Of a stretch of 15,430 nucleotides of DNA, positions 7,956 through 15,430 are shown one piece after another; the stretch's first letter is position 1, and every line of letters starts with the position of its first letter. The DNA lies in assembly GCA_049967655.1 (NCBI GenBank), contig JBMFSH010000051.1:1-15430 (forward strand), read 5' to 3'. The notes under the pieces were generated by a model that made no database searches, was not told the origin of the DNA, and saw only the letters and a program-made list of their open reading frames with translations. Both the position numbers and the translations under genes were made by a program. The stretch is from Acidobacteriota bacterium. Its GTDB lineage: Bacteria > Acidobacteriota > UBA4820 > DSQY01.

Positions 7956-8020
7956 CCTCTGCGACCCGCCCCATGGGGCGGCGCGGTTGACCCGAGCCGA
8001 GGTGGAGAAAGGAGGATCCA

Positions 8021-8254
8021 TTGCCCCACCCAGGAGCCTATCGAGGAAACAAACGCCAGAAGGAGCTCAAGCGGCTGCAGAAGCAGCAGGAGAAGCGAGA
8101 GCGGCGCCAGCATAAGGGCGCCGGCGCCGAGTCCGAACCCGAATTCGCCGGCCCCGCCACCCTTCCCGCAGAACCTGCGCCGATGGGCGAGGAGTCCGTG
8201 CCCGCGAAGGCGGAGCCCGAGCCCCCGAAAGACGAATCGCTCCGCCCCGAATAG
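8021..8254 (+). CDS. Small hypothetical protein (basic N-terminus, acidic/Pro-rich tail)
   Basis: Strong AAAGGAGG RBS before TTG; 77 aa; KRQKELKRLQKQQEKRERR. Confidence 0.7.
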   Translation: MPHPGAYRGNKRQKELKRLQKQQEKRERRQHKGAGAESEPEFAGPATLPAEPAPMGEESVPAKAEPEPPKDESLRPE

Positions 8255-8478
8255 GGGGCGAGGCGGGAGCTCCGAGCCCGACCCTTCCCGGCCTCCGCCG
8301 TTCACCACGATCCTCTCGCAGCGCACGACGGGGCGGCGGAAAGGCCGTCCCGGAACCTTCCCGGCCCCCTCCATCGCGCCCGGCCTCCCTCTCCAGAGCC
8401 ATTCCCCGGGGCGAAGCTCGCCTGTCCCCCACCGGTCCGAACTTGGCGTCCTCCTGGCTTCTCCCCCGCGAATGAGCT

Positions 8479-8490
8479 AGATTTAAATCT
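8479..8490. promoter_or_regulatory. Perfect 12-bp palindrome, candidate operator
   Basis: AGATTTAAATCT overlapping a possible -10 TAGATT (8478-8483), 30 nt upstream of the radical SAM ATG. Confidence 0.5.
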
Positions 8491-8520
8491 GTACTCAGCT
8501 CCCTAAGGAGGAGAGCGAAG

Positions 8521-10272
8521 ATGGGCTACAAGGTCCTGCTGGTCTATCCGGAGATACCGCCCACCTACTGGAGCTTCCGGTACGCCATGCCCTTCATCGG
8601 CAAGCGCGCCGCCTTCCCGCCGCTCGGCCTCCTCACGGTGGCGGCCATGCTGCCGGAAGACTTCGACGTCACCCTCGTGGACATGAACGCCTCACCCCTC
8701 ACCCCGGAGGCCGTCTCCGCGGCGGACCTGGTCCTCACCTCCTCCATGATCGTGCAGAGGGAGTCCCTGGCCGAGGTCATCCGCCTGTGCCGCTCGTGCG
8801 GCACTCCGGTGGTGGCCGGCGGGCCCTACCCCACCGGCTGTCACGAGCGCATCGAGGGCGTGGACCACTTCGTGCTGGGTGAGGCGGAGGTCGCCCTGCC
8901 GGCTTTCCTGGCCGATTTCCGGGAGGGCAGGGCCGGGGCGCTGTACAGCGACGCCGCCAAGCCGGACCTGGCCTCCACGCCCCCGCCCCGGTTCGACCTC
9001 ATCCGGATGCAAGACTACGCCGCCATGGCCCTGCAATTCTCTCGGGGCTGTCCGCACGACTGCGAGTTCTGCGACATCGTGGAGCTCTTCGGCCACCGTC
9101 CCCGCACGAAGCCGCCCTCCCGGTTCCTGGCGGAGATGGACGGTCTCTACGCCACTGGGTGGCGGGGCTCGCTCTTCATCGTGGACGACAACTTCATCGG
9201 AAACCGCCGCGCCGTGAAGGCCCTGCTGCGCGAGGTGGCGCGCTGGCAGACCGAGCGCTCCTACCCCTTCGCGCTCTTCACCGAGGCGACGCTCGATCTG
9301 GCCGCCGACGAAGAGCTCATGGCGCTGATGCGGGAGGCGGGGTTCAACATGGTCTTCCTGGGCATCGAGACGCCCGTGGAGGAGACCCTTCGCGCCGTCC
9401 ACAAAACTCACAACCTGAGGGGCGACATGCTGGAGGGGGTGAGGCGCATCCAGCGGGCGGGCATGGAGGTCTCGGCCGGCTTCGTCCTCGGCTTCGACTC
9501 GGACCCGCCGGACATCTTCGAGAGGCAGATGGCCTTTATTCAAGAGGCCGGCATTCCCACCGCCATGGTGGGCCTGCTCACGGTCCTTCCCAATACGAGG
9601 CTCTACAAGCGCCTGGAATCGGAGGGCCGCATCGCCGAGGATTCGGGCGGCAACAATACTCACGATTTCCAGCTCAGCTACGTGCCGAAGATGGACGCCC
9701 AGGTGCTCCTCTCGGGCTACAAGCGCCTCCTGTCTGAGATCTACCGGCCCCGGCGCTACTTCGAGCGCTGTCTGTCGCTCCTGAGGAATCTCCGGGTCCA
9801 TGAAACCACCGAACGGCGGATCGGGCTCACGGAGCTGCGGGCCCTCGGCCACTCCCTCATCCGGCAGTCCTTCTCCACCTATGCCTGGCCCTATTGGGCC
9901 TTCATGGTGCGCGGCGCCCTCCTGAGGCCCCGGCTGATGGCGGAGATCGTGACCATGGCCGTAAAGGGCCACCACTTCTTCAAGATGACGCGGCGGATTC
10001 TCGAGGTGGAGCGCTTCAAGCAGAAGATCGACCGCCTCGCGCGGGCCTTCCAGGAGCGCGCCTCCTCGCTCTCCCTGCCCGACCCGCAAGCCAGGGCCGC
10101 CGAATTGCGGGCCTACGGCGACCGGCTCGCCGCCCGCCTCGCCCGCGAGTACCGGCGCCTCCACAAGGACTTCCGGACTTACGCCGAGCGGTCCCTCGCC
10201 AACTTCCACACCATGGTGGACGAGTTCATTCAGAGCGCCGCCGCCCAGGCCGTTCCCTCGGCGGGGAGCTGA
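8521..10272 (+). CDS. B12-binding domain radical SAM protein (DUF4070-type C-terminus)
   Basis: TAAGGAGG RBS; PPLGLLTVAAMLP and GGPY cobalamin-binding region; CxxxCxxC in SRGCPHDCEFC; FIVDDNFIGN, FLGIETP, GFVLGFDSD. Confidence 0.92.
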   Translation: MGYKVLLVYPEIPPTYWSFRYAMPFIGKRAAFPPLGLLTVAAMLPEDFDVTLVDMNASPLTPEAVSAADLVLTSSMIVQRESLAEVIRLCRSCGTPVVAGGPYPTGCHERIEGVDHFVLGEAEVALPAFLADFREGRAGALYSDAAKPDLASTPPPRFDLIRMQDYAAMALQFSRGCPHDCEFCDIVELFGHRPRTKPPSRFLAEMDGLYATGWRGSLFIVDDNFIGNRRAVKALLREVARWQTERSYPFALFTEATLDLAADEELMALMREAGFNMVFLGIETPVEETLRAVHKTHNLRGDMLEGVRRIQRAGMEVSAGFVLGFDSDPPDIFERQMAFIQEAGIPTAMVGLLTVLPNTRLYKRLESEGRIAEDSGGNNTHDFQLSYVPKMDAQVLLSGYKRLLSEIYRPRRYFERCLSLLRNLRVHETTERRIGLTELRALGHSLIRQSFSTYAWPYWAFMVRGALLRPRLMAEIVTMAVKGHHFFKMTRRILEVERFKQKIDRLARAFQERASSLSLPDPQARAAELRAYGDRLAARLAREYRRLHKDFRTYAERSLANFHTMVDEFIQSAAAQAVPSAGS

Positions 10273-10298
10273 AGGGCGCGGCACGGCCGTCCCCCTTC
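10271..10298. terminator. Hairpin between convergent genes, possible terminator
   Basis: GAAGGG...CGGC-ACG-GCCG...CCCTTC right at the radical SAM stop; no T tract. Confidence 0.3.
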
Positions 10299-10302
10299 CC
10301 GC

Positions 10303-10449
10303 CTAGGCCCGTCTCTCCACCAGCTGTTCGTAGTGCTGGGAGCGCAGGTCGAAGCGAGACAGGACGGTCCTCGCCTCCGGCGGCACCACGCACGCCTTGT
10401 AGTCCTCGTCCGCGAATTCGCGGACGGCATTCAGCGAATCGAAGAGCAT
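10303..10449 (-). pseudogene. C-terminal half of an antibiotic-biosynthesis-monooxygenase (ABM)-like protein
   Basis: Hand translation MLFDSLNAVREFADEDYKACVVPPEARTVLSRFDLRSQHYEQLVERRA* matches the FDSLDAVRAFAGEDYE.AVVPP.AR.LL.RFD....HYE pattern; N-terminal half absent. Confidence 0.7.
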
Positions 10450-10635
10450 GTGGCTCCCCAAGACCTGACCCCCATGGGGATCCTTCTCAATCCTTCTCTC
10501 AGCGCCCTTCCGCCTATGGCCGTGAACACAGGGACGCCGACCCTGATGCCCTGGTGGCCATTCTTCTTCCTCCCGCCTTTTCCCCTCCGTGCCTCGCGTC
10601 TCTGCGGTGATTCCCCGGCTTACCGTCTCCCGCCC

Positions 10636-12894
10636 TCACCCCTCCTTGCGGATGAGCTTGCTGAGCTGGACGCGGTCGGGGGCAAGGAGTTCGGCGATGC
10701 GGGGGTGGTTGACGTCGGCGACGATGATCTGGCCCACCTCCGTCTTGACCTCGCTGAAGATGCCGTGGCTCTTCATCTTGGCGGCCTGGTACTGGTTGTC
10801 CTCGGTGGGTGTCACGTAGTGGACCGAGTCGGCCTTGTAGCGGTGGACGAGGAAGAGGTGGATGAGGGTCATGAGGCGCTTTTTGCGAAGCTTCTCGTCG
10901 AAGGTGTTCTGGTCGCGCACGGAGAGGATGGTGCGGCCGCGGCGGTCCTGAATGGGGGCGAAGATGACGTTGGCCTCCTTGTCGCTGCCTTTGCTCACGA
11001 GGGCCAATTCGAGCAGCTCGGAGCCGGCGCGCTGGGGCCGCAGCTCCACGCGCAGGGGGCCGGGCAGGTGGTAGTGCTCGCTCCAGAGGGCCAGCCACTC
11101 CTCCAGCAGTTTCTTGGGCACCTCCGTTTGGATGAGGTGCTGGTGCTGGGTGGAGCCCTTGCCCATGGCCTTGGTGGTGGCCGTGCGGCCGGAGGAGGCG
11201 GCCAACGCGGCGTCCAGGCGCGGTCCGCCCACGAGCGTCTGGGGCGTCCGGTAGGGGGACTCCACGAGGCGCAGCTTGCGCTGCACGCGGGCGAGGGCGA
11301 GCATACCGTCCTGCCTGAGCGCCGTGGCGAACTCCTCGGACGCGAGGCCGTCGATCTGGTGGCCACCGTAGGTGATGAAGTTGAAGACGAAGCCCATCTT
11401 CCCCAGCTCCTCGGGGAAACGGCGCATGTCGTCGTCGCTCATGCCCGTGGAGTCCCAGTTGAAGGAGGGCGAGAGGTTGTAGGCGAGCATCTTGTGGGGG
11501 AAGACGGCGTGGATCGCCTCGGCGAAGCGGCGGGCGTCGGCGAGATTGGCGGTGGCCGTCTCCATCCAGAGCAGGTCGGCGAAGGGCGCGGCCGCGAGCG
11601 ACTTGGCGATGGCGTACTCGATGCCGCCGCGCACCTGGTAGTAGCCCTCGGGCGTCTTGGCGTGTTCGCAGTCCCACACGATGTTGACCCCCAATGAGCG
11701 CGCCTTCTTGCGCGCGGCGTAGAGGGAGGCGGTGCGCGCGAAGCGGCGCCACTCCTCCACGCTGGTCTCCAGCGCCTCGCCCTCGTTGGCGCGGAACTCC
11801 AGCACCTCGGCCACGGCCTCGCCGTAGGTCTCGAGGCCCGCCTCGGACTCCCACGCCTCCAGGAGCCGCGAGCTGACCTGGTCGAAGAGAGCTTCGGCGG
11901 AGGCCTCCGGCCTCTTCGCGCGGGAGGCGGCCGCCTCCACCACCAGCGGCGAGAGGCCCGTGCGGTCAAGCCAAGCGTCGGTGGCGTCAAGCTCGTCGTC
12001 GCTGAGGGCGTAGAGCAGGTGGCCGTTGATCTCCGTCAGCCCCTGCCCGAAGAACCGCCGCATGAGCGCCAGGAAGGCCGCCTTGTAGCTCGGCATGGTG
12101 ACGTTGGTGGAACCGAGGATGAAGGGCTGGTCGCGCTCGTCGCCGCGGCTGTCGAGGAGGTTGGCAGCCTCGGCGTCGGTGCGGGCCACGAGGATGCCCG
12201 GCACGCCCATGACGTCGAGCTGGAAGCGCGCCGCGTTGAGGCGCTTGATCTGCTCGTCCGAAGGCACGAGCACCTTACCGCCCTGGTGGCCGCACTTCTT
12301 GGTGCCGGGGCGCTGGTCTTCGATGTGGTAGCCCGGCACGCCGGCCTCTACGAAGCGGCGGATGAGGTTGCGCACGTGCGGGTCGCCGCCGTGGCCCGTG
12401 TCGGCGTCGGCGATGATGAAGGGCCGGTAGTCCACGGCGGGCGTCTCGGCACGCTGCTTCTCGCTCATGCGAAGCCGCTGGAACCGCTGGTTCCGGTCGG
12501 CCGCGAGCAGGGCGCGCACGAGGCCCGCCGCCTCCTCGGGAACCTGGCTCAGCGGGTAGCTCGCCAGGTCCGAGCCCGGGTCCTCCGTGGCGGAGCCCTT
12601 GGCGGAGGTGGCCCAGCCGCCGAGATAGATGCCTTCGATCCCCATCCGCTTGATGGTCACCGCCTGGCCGGGCGAGTAGGGGCCGAAGGTGGTGATGGAG
12701 CGGCGGTCGGCGAAGAGCTGCCGGAGGCGGGCGTGGAAGGCCTCGGCGGCCTCCCGCGCCACGGTATAGTCGTGGGGGATGGTGCCTCGCTGCTCGACGA
12801 CCTGCTGCGCCGTGTAGAGGCGCGTGATGCCGTCGAAGCGGGGGCTCTCCATCCAGGCCCTGGTTGCGGCGACCTCCTGTTCCAACGTGTTCAT
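10636..12894 (-). CDS. aceA: Isocitrate lyase, long ICL2-type
   Basis: Catalytic [40 protein letters not shown]; 752 aa from ATG 12894 (GGAG RBS; alternative ATG 12912) with central insertion and C-terminal extension. Confidence 0.95.
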   Translation of the reverse strand: MNTLEQEVAATRAWMESPRFDGITRLYTAQQVVEQRGTIPHDYTVAREAAEAFHARLRQLFADRRSITTFGPYSPGQAVTIKRMGIEGIYLGGWATSAKGSATEDPGSDLASYPLSQVPEEAAGLVRALLAADRNQRFQRLRMSEKQRAETPAVDYRPFIIADADTGHGGDPHVRNLIRRFVEAGVPGYHIEDQRPGTKKCGHQGGKVLVPSDEQIKRLNAARFQLDVMGVPGILVARTDAEAANLLDSRGDERDQPFILGSTNVTMPSYKAAFLALMRRFFGQGLTEINGHLLYALSDDELDATDAWLDRTGLSPLVVEAAASRAKRPEASAEALFDQVSSRLLEAWESEAGLETYGEAVAEVLEFRANEGEALETSVEEWRRFARTASLYAARKKARSLGVNIVWDCEHAKTPEGYYQVRGGIEYAIAKSLAAAPFADLLWMETATANLADARRFAEAIHAVFPHKMLAYNLSPSFNWDSTGMSDDDMRRFPEELGKMGFVFNFITYGGHQIDGLASEEFATALRQDGMLALARVQRKLRLVESPYRTPQTLVGGPRLDAALAASSGRTATTKAMGKGSTQHQHLIQTEVPKKLLEEWLALWSEHYHLPGPLRVELRPQRAGSELLELALVSKGSDKEANVIFAPIQDRRGRTILSVRDQNTFDEKLRKKRLMTLIHLFLVHRYKADSVHYVTPTEDNQYQAAKMKSHGIFSEVKTEVGQIIVADVNHPRIAELLAPDRVQLSKLIRKEG

Positions 12895-13032
12895 GGCTCC
12901 GTCTCCTGCCATCGCTATCGGGCTATGCGTTGACCGTCTTTCTCTCGGAGGGCCGCGCGGCCTCGCCTCCAGCTCCGGGCTGGCGGTTGGGGCCCCGCTT
13001 TTCCGTCCCGTCCCGAGTCGTCATTCGGCGCC

Positions 13033-14907
13033 TCAGAAATCCAGGTTTTCGGTGAGGCGCGTACCGTCGCGCCTGAAGGCCTCCTGGTAGCGCGCGATCC
13101 GCTCCCTCGCCACCGCGAGGTCGGGGTTGTCCAGGTTGATGTTCAGCAGGTCCACCATCCAGGGGGTCTTCACCGGGTCGGTCACGTAGGCCTGCACGAT
13201 GGCGCGGGCGATGGGCAGGGTCGTGCCCTTCGAATCGTCGTGCACATCCCGGTTGTCCGCCCTCAGGAGCTTGGCGTACTCCTCCTCCAGGAGGCGCTGG
13301 AAGAGCGCCAGGGTGAAGGGCGCGCCCCTCTTCACGCCGGTCTGCGCGTCGTCCTCGGTGAGCCTGGCCCCCTTGTGGAGCCACTCCCAGAGGATGCTCA
13401 GGCGGATCTCGCCCGTGGCCATGTCCTCCATGAGGTAGAGGATGTCGTCGTCGCCGAAGAAGTCGGCGGGCTTGAGGGCCGCCGCCTGGAAGCCGCGGCC
13501 GAAGGCGTTGCCGTACTGGAGCGCCACGCTCAGAAGATCGCGTGCCCCTCGCACCGTGCGCGGGGCCGGCTCCAGGAGCGCCAGCCCGGCGGCGTCCTGC
13601 TCCGTGTAGGTCAGGGGTGGAAAGGACCGTCCGAGCTGGTTCTCCTCGCCGGCCTTCTCCCAGACGGGCCGCACGATGTGGACCATCTTCCAGTGGGCCA
13701 CCCACTTGCCGCTGGCCCCCTCCCGCTGTTCGCGCTCGGCTCCGGCCACGGCGCGCCGCATGCCCGCCGCCACGCCCTCGGGCGTGCCTACGGGGATGTT
13801 GGTCTCCATGCCGCCCTGCCAGAGCGCGCAGCGGCCGTTCCGGTCGGGCGTGTTCACGGCCCTGCGCACTCGGTCCTCGTAGGTGCGCATGTAGCCGTAG
13901 GTCATGACAATGGCGTCGATGTTGGGGTTGACGAACTCCGGGTCCCACGAGAGCGCGTCGGAGACGCTGTTGATGTAGTCCCAGCGGCCCGTGTTGAAAC
14001 CCACGAAGTGCCGGCCGAGGGCCGCGCGGATCTCCATGAGCTGGAAGCAGGCCTCGATCTGCTCCACGAGGACGTAGGCCTTGATCGTGCCGGAGGCCAT
14101 GCCGAGGTGGCCTTCGAGGGCCGTCAGCAGGTCGTTCCAGAAGGCCGCCTCCTCGGCGGTCTGGATCTTAGGCAGGTAGAGGACCACGGAGGAGCCTTCG
14201 GCGCGGAGCCGCTTGTGGTTGCCCACCACGTAGAGCACGAGATCCACGATGGAGGCGGAGAAGCCCGTGCCGCCGGCCTCGCGCACGTGACGGTCGTCCA
14301 GGTGCAGGCCCCGGCAGCGGAAGAGCTTCGTGGTGAAACGGAGCTGCTCGCGCCAGTTCGCGATGATAGGCCGGCCGAAGAAACCTTGGGCCCAGGCGTT
14401 CATTTCGGCGGCCACCTCCTCGGCCACCTCCAGGAAGAGGGGGTCCTTGGCGATGGCGAGCTTCAGGTTGCGCTGGTTGTCGAGGGCCATGGTCTCCACC
14501 TGGCCGAGGGCGTCCTCGCCGTCGAACATCCAGCCGTCAGCCCCCGAGAGCAGCGCGTAGGCCACGTTGCGCAGGCCGCTCTTCACGGAGGCGCGTGGCT
14601 TGGTGGCCGGGCCCGTGCCCTGGATCCACTGGCGGCGAAGGTCGTGCGGGATGTCCGCGCCCTCGAAGCGGCCGTCCCGCGCATCCTGGACGCCGATCGC
14701 GGAGCGCGGGATGACCGAGCCGGCGGGTAGGAAACCGATGCGTTCGTGGTTTTGGATGCGGTCGCGCCGGCGCGCGATGCGCGCCGCCATGAGCTCGCGG
14801 CGGCCGGCGTTCAGAGGCGCGAGGGCCTCCAGCGCCGCCAAGACCTCCCAGGTGAAAAGGTCCGCGTACTGCCTCGTGGTGGCCCGAAACTCCAGCTCGA
14901 TGCCCAT
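13033..14907 (-). CDS. aceB: Malate synthase (MSA-like motifs, long form)
   Basis: GAGGAGAGG RBS before ATG 14907; 624 aa; DGEDA, RGLHLDDRH, LYLPKIQTAEEA, NTGRWDYINS, KWVAH, catalytic LMEDMATGEIR; directly upstream of aceA. Confidence 0.92.
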   Translation of the reverse strand: MGIELEFRATTRQYADLFTWEVLAALEALAPLNAGRRELMAARIARRRDRIQNHERIGFLPAGSVIPRSAIGVQDARDGRFEGADIPHDLRRQWIQGTGPATKPRASVKSGLRNVAYALLSGADGWMFDGEDALGQVETMALDNQRNLKLAIAKDPLFLEVAEEVAAEMNAWAQGFFGRPIIANWREQLRFTTKLFRCRGLHLDDRHVREAGGTGFSASIVDLVLYVVGNHKRLRAEGSSVVLYLPKIQTAEEAAFWNDLLTALEGHLGMASGTIKAYVLVEQIEACFQLMEIRAALGRHFVGFNTGRWDYINSVSDALSWDPEFVNPNIDAIVMTYGYMRTYEDRVRRAVNTPDRNGRCALWQGGMETNIPVGTPEGVAAGMRRAVAGAEREQREGASGKWVAHWKMVHIVRPVWEKAGEENQLGRSFPPLTYTEQDAAGLALLEPAPRTVRGARDLLSVALQYGNAFGRGFQAAALKPADFFGDDDILYLMEDMATGEIRLSILWEWLHKGARLTEDDAQTGVKRGAPFTLALFQRLLEEEYAKLLRADNRDVHDDSKGTTLPIARAIVQAYVTDPVKTPWMVDLLNINLDNPDLAVARERIARYQEAFRRDGTRLTENLDF

Positions 14908-15060
14908 CCTGCCTCTCCTCTCCTCGGCGCCCGCCGTGCCCGGCCGGAAACGCCCATTCCTCCCGGCGGGCCTCCGGGTTCGCATCACCGACCGGCTCCC
15001 CGAGGGGACGCCTCCCGCGGCTCCTGGTGAACAACCTATGGAACGCGAGGGAACGGGGGT

Positions 15061-15144
15061 AAATTCCGCCGCATCACCATCAAGGACGCCGAGGGCGAGA
15101 CCCTCATCGAGGTGCCCCTCTCCCTCGGCGTGGTGGGGGCGGTC
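15061..15144 (+). pseudogene. Fragment of a DUF4342-like protein
   Basis: Hand translation KFRRITIKDAEGETLIEVPLSLGVVGAV; in-frame stop upstream at 15028-15030 with no start codon in between. Confidence 0.6.
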
Positions 15145-15191
15145 CCCTCTCCCGCGCGCCCGCCCTCGCCGCAGTCTGCTACCCTTCAGAA

Positions 15192-15430
15192 ATGGGGACG
15201 GTGCGCGTGGGGCCGAGGAAGGCCTTCGAGGCGATCCGGAGCCACTGCCTGGCCAAGGCCGGGGCCGTGGAGGAGTACCCGTGGGGCGCCGTGGTCTGGA
15301 AGGCGCGCGGGAAGCTCTTCGCCATCGGCCACGCGGGGGAGAGCGCCTTCACCATCAAGTCCACGCCCGCCGACCAGGCCGTCCTGACGCACCACCCCGC
15401 CATCGAGCGCGCCGCTTACGTGGGCCGCTT
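15192..15430 (+). CDS. MmcQ/YjbR family protein (runs off the window edge)
   Basis: Not in the ORF track; hand translation MGTVRVGPRKAFEAIRSHCLAKAGAVEEYPWGAVVWKARGKLFAIG...IKSTP...HPAIERAAYVGR. Confidence 0.85.
   Translation, partial: MGTVRVGPRKAFEAIRSHCLAKAGAVEEYPWGAVVWKARGKLFAIGHAGESAFTIKSTPADQAVLTHHPAIERAAYVGR

Noticed and set aside
8443..8459. Sigma54-like GG-N10-GC (TTGGCGTCCTCCTGGCT)
   Set aside because: Deviates from TGGCAC-N5-TTGC in both halves; not distinguishable from chance
8255..8460. Possible cobalamin riboswitch upstream of the B12 radical SAM gene (stem 8289-8347)
   Set aside because: No recognisable B12-box or other conserved core motifs; GC-rich pairing is expected by chance, and the likely promoter lies downstream
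1016..14730. Long antisense or alternate-frame ORFs (e.g. 1016-2518, 3007-4422, 5667-7055, 8692-10284, 10333-11697, 10514-11854, 13240-14730)
   Set aside because: Shadows of real genes in high-GC DNA; low-complexity translations with no recognisable motifs
14908..14988. Upstream starts used by the ORF track (14988 for aceB; likewise 1013, 7070, 7672)
   Set aside because: Downstream starts have clear RBSs and match family N-termini

Overview
GC-rich bacterial window of mixed housekeeping and accessory genes. Intact-looking genes, in order: M90/MtfA-type zinc peptidase, orphan PilO-like membrane protein, CoA-pyrophosphatase-type Nudix hydrolase, secreted alpha/beta hydrolase, MFS transporter divergent from a cupin, cold-shock protein (with promoter, 5' UTR hairpin and terminator), small charged protein, B12-binding radical SAM protein, a glyoxylate-shunt operon (long malate synthase plus ICL2-type long isocitrate lyase), and a partial MmcQ/YjbR gene. 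The gaps between them hold about six gene remnants that the ORF track misses or misreads: GntR/YtrA, DUF1648-like membrane protein, HD-GYP, metallophosphoesterase N-terminus, ABM monooxygenase C-terminus and DUF4342. I see no transposase, integrase, CRISPR array, tRNA or rRNA, and no clearly new multi-gene system. The best leads are the ICL2-type glyoxylate operon, the decayed GntR-hydrolase-DUF1648 module with an HD-GYP chimera, and two candidate structured RNAs near csp. All family calls come from motif recognition by eye, not database searches.
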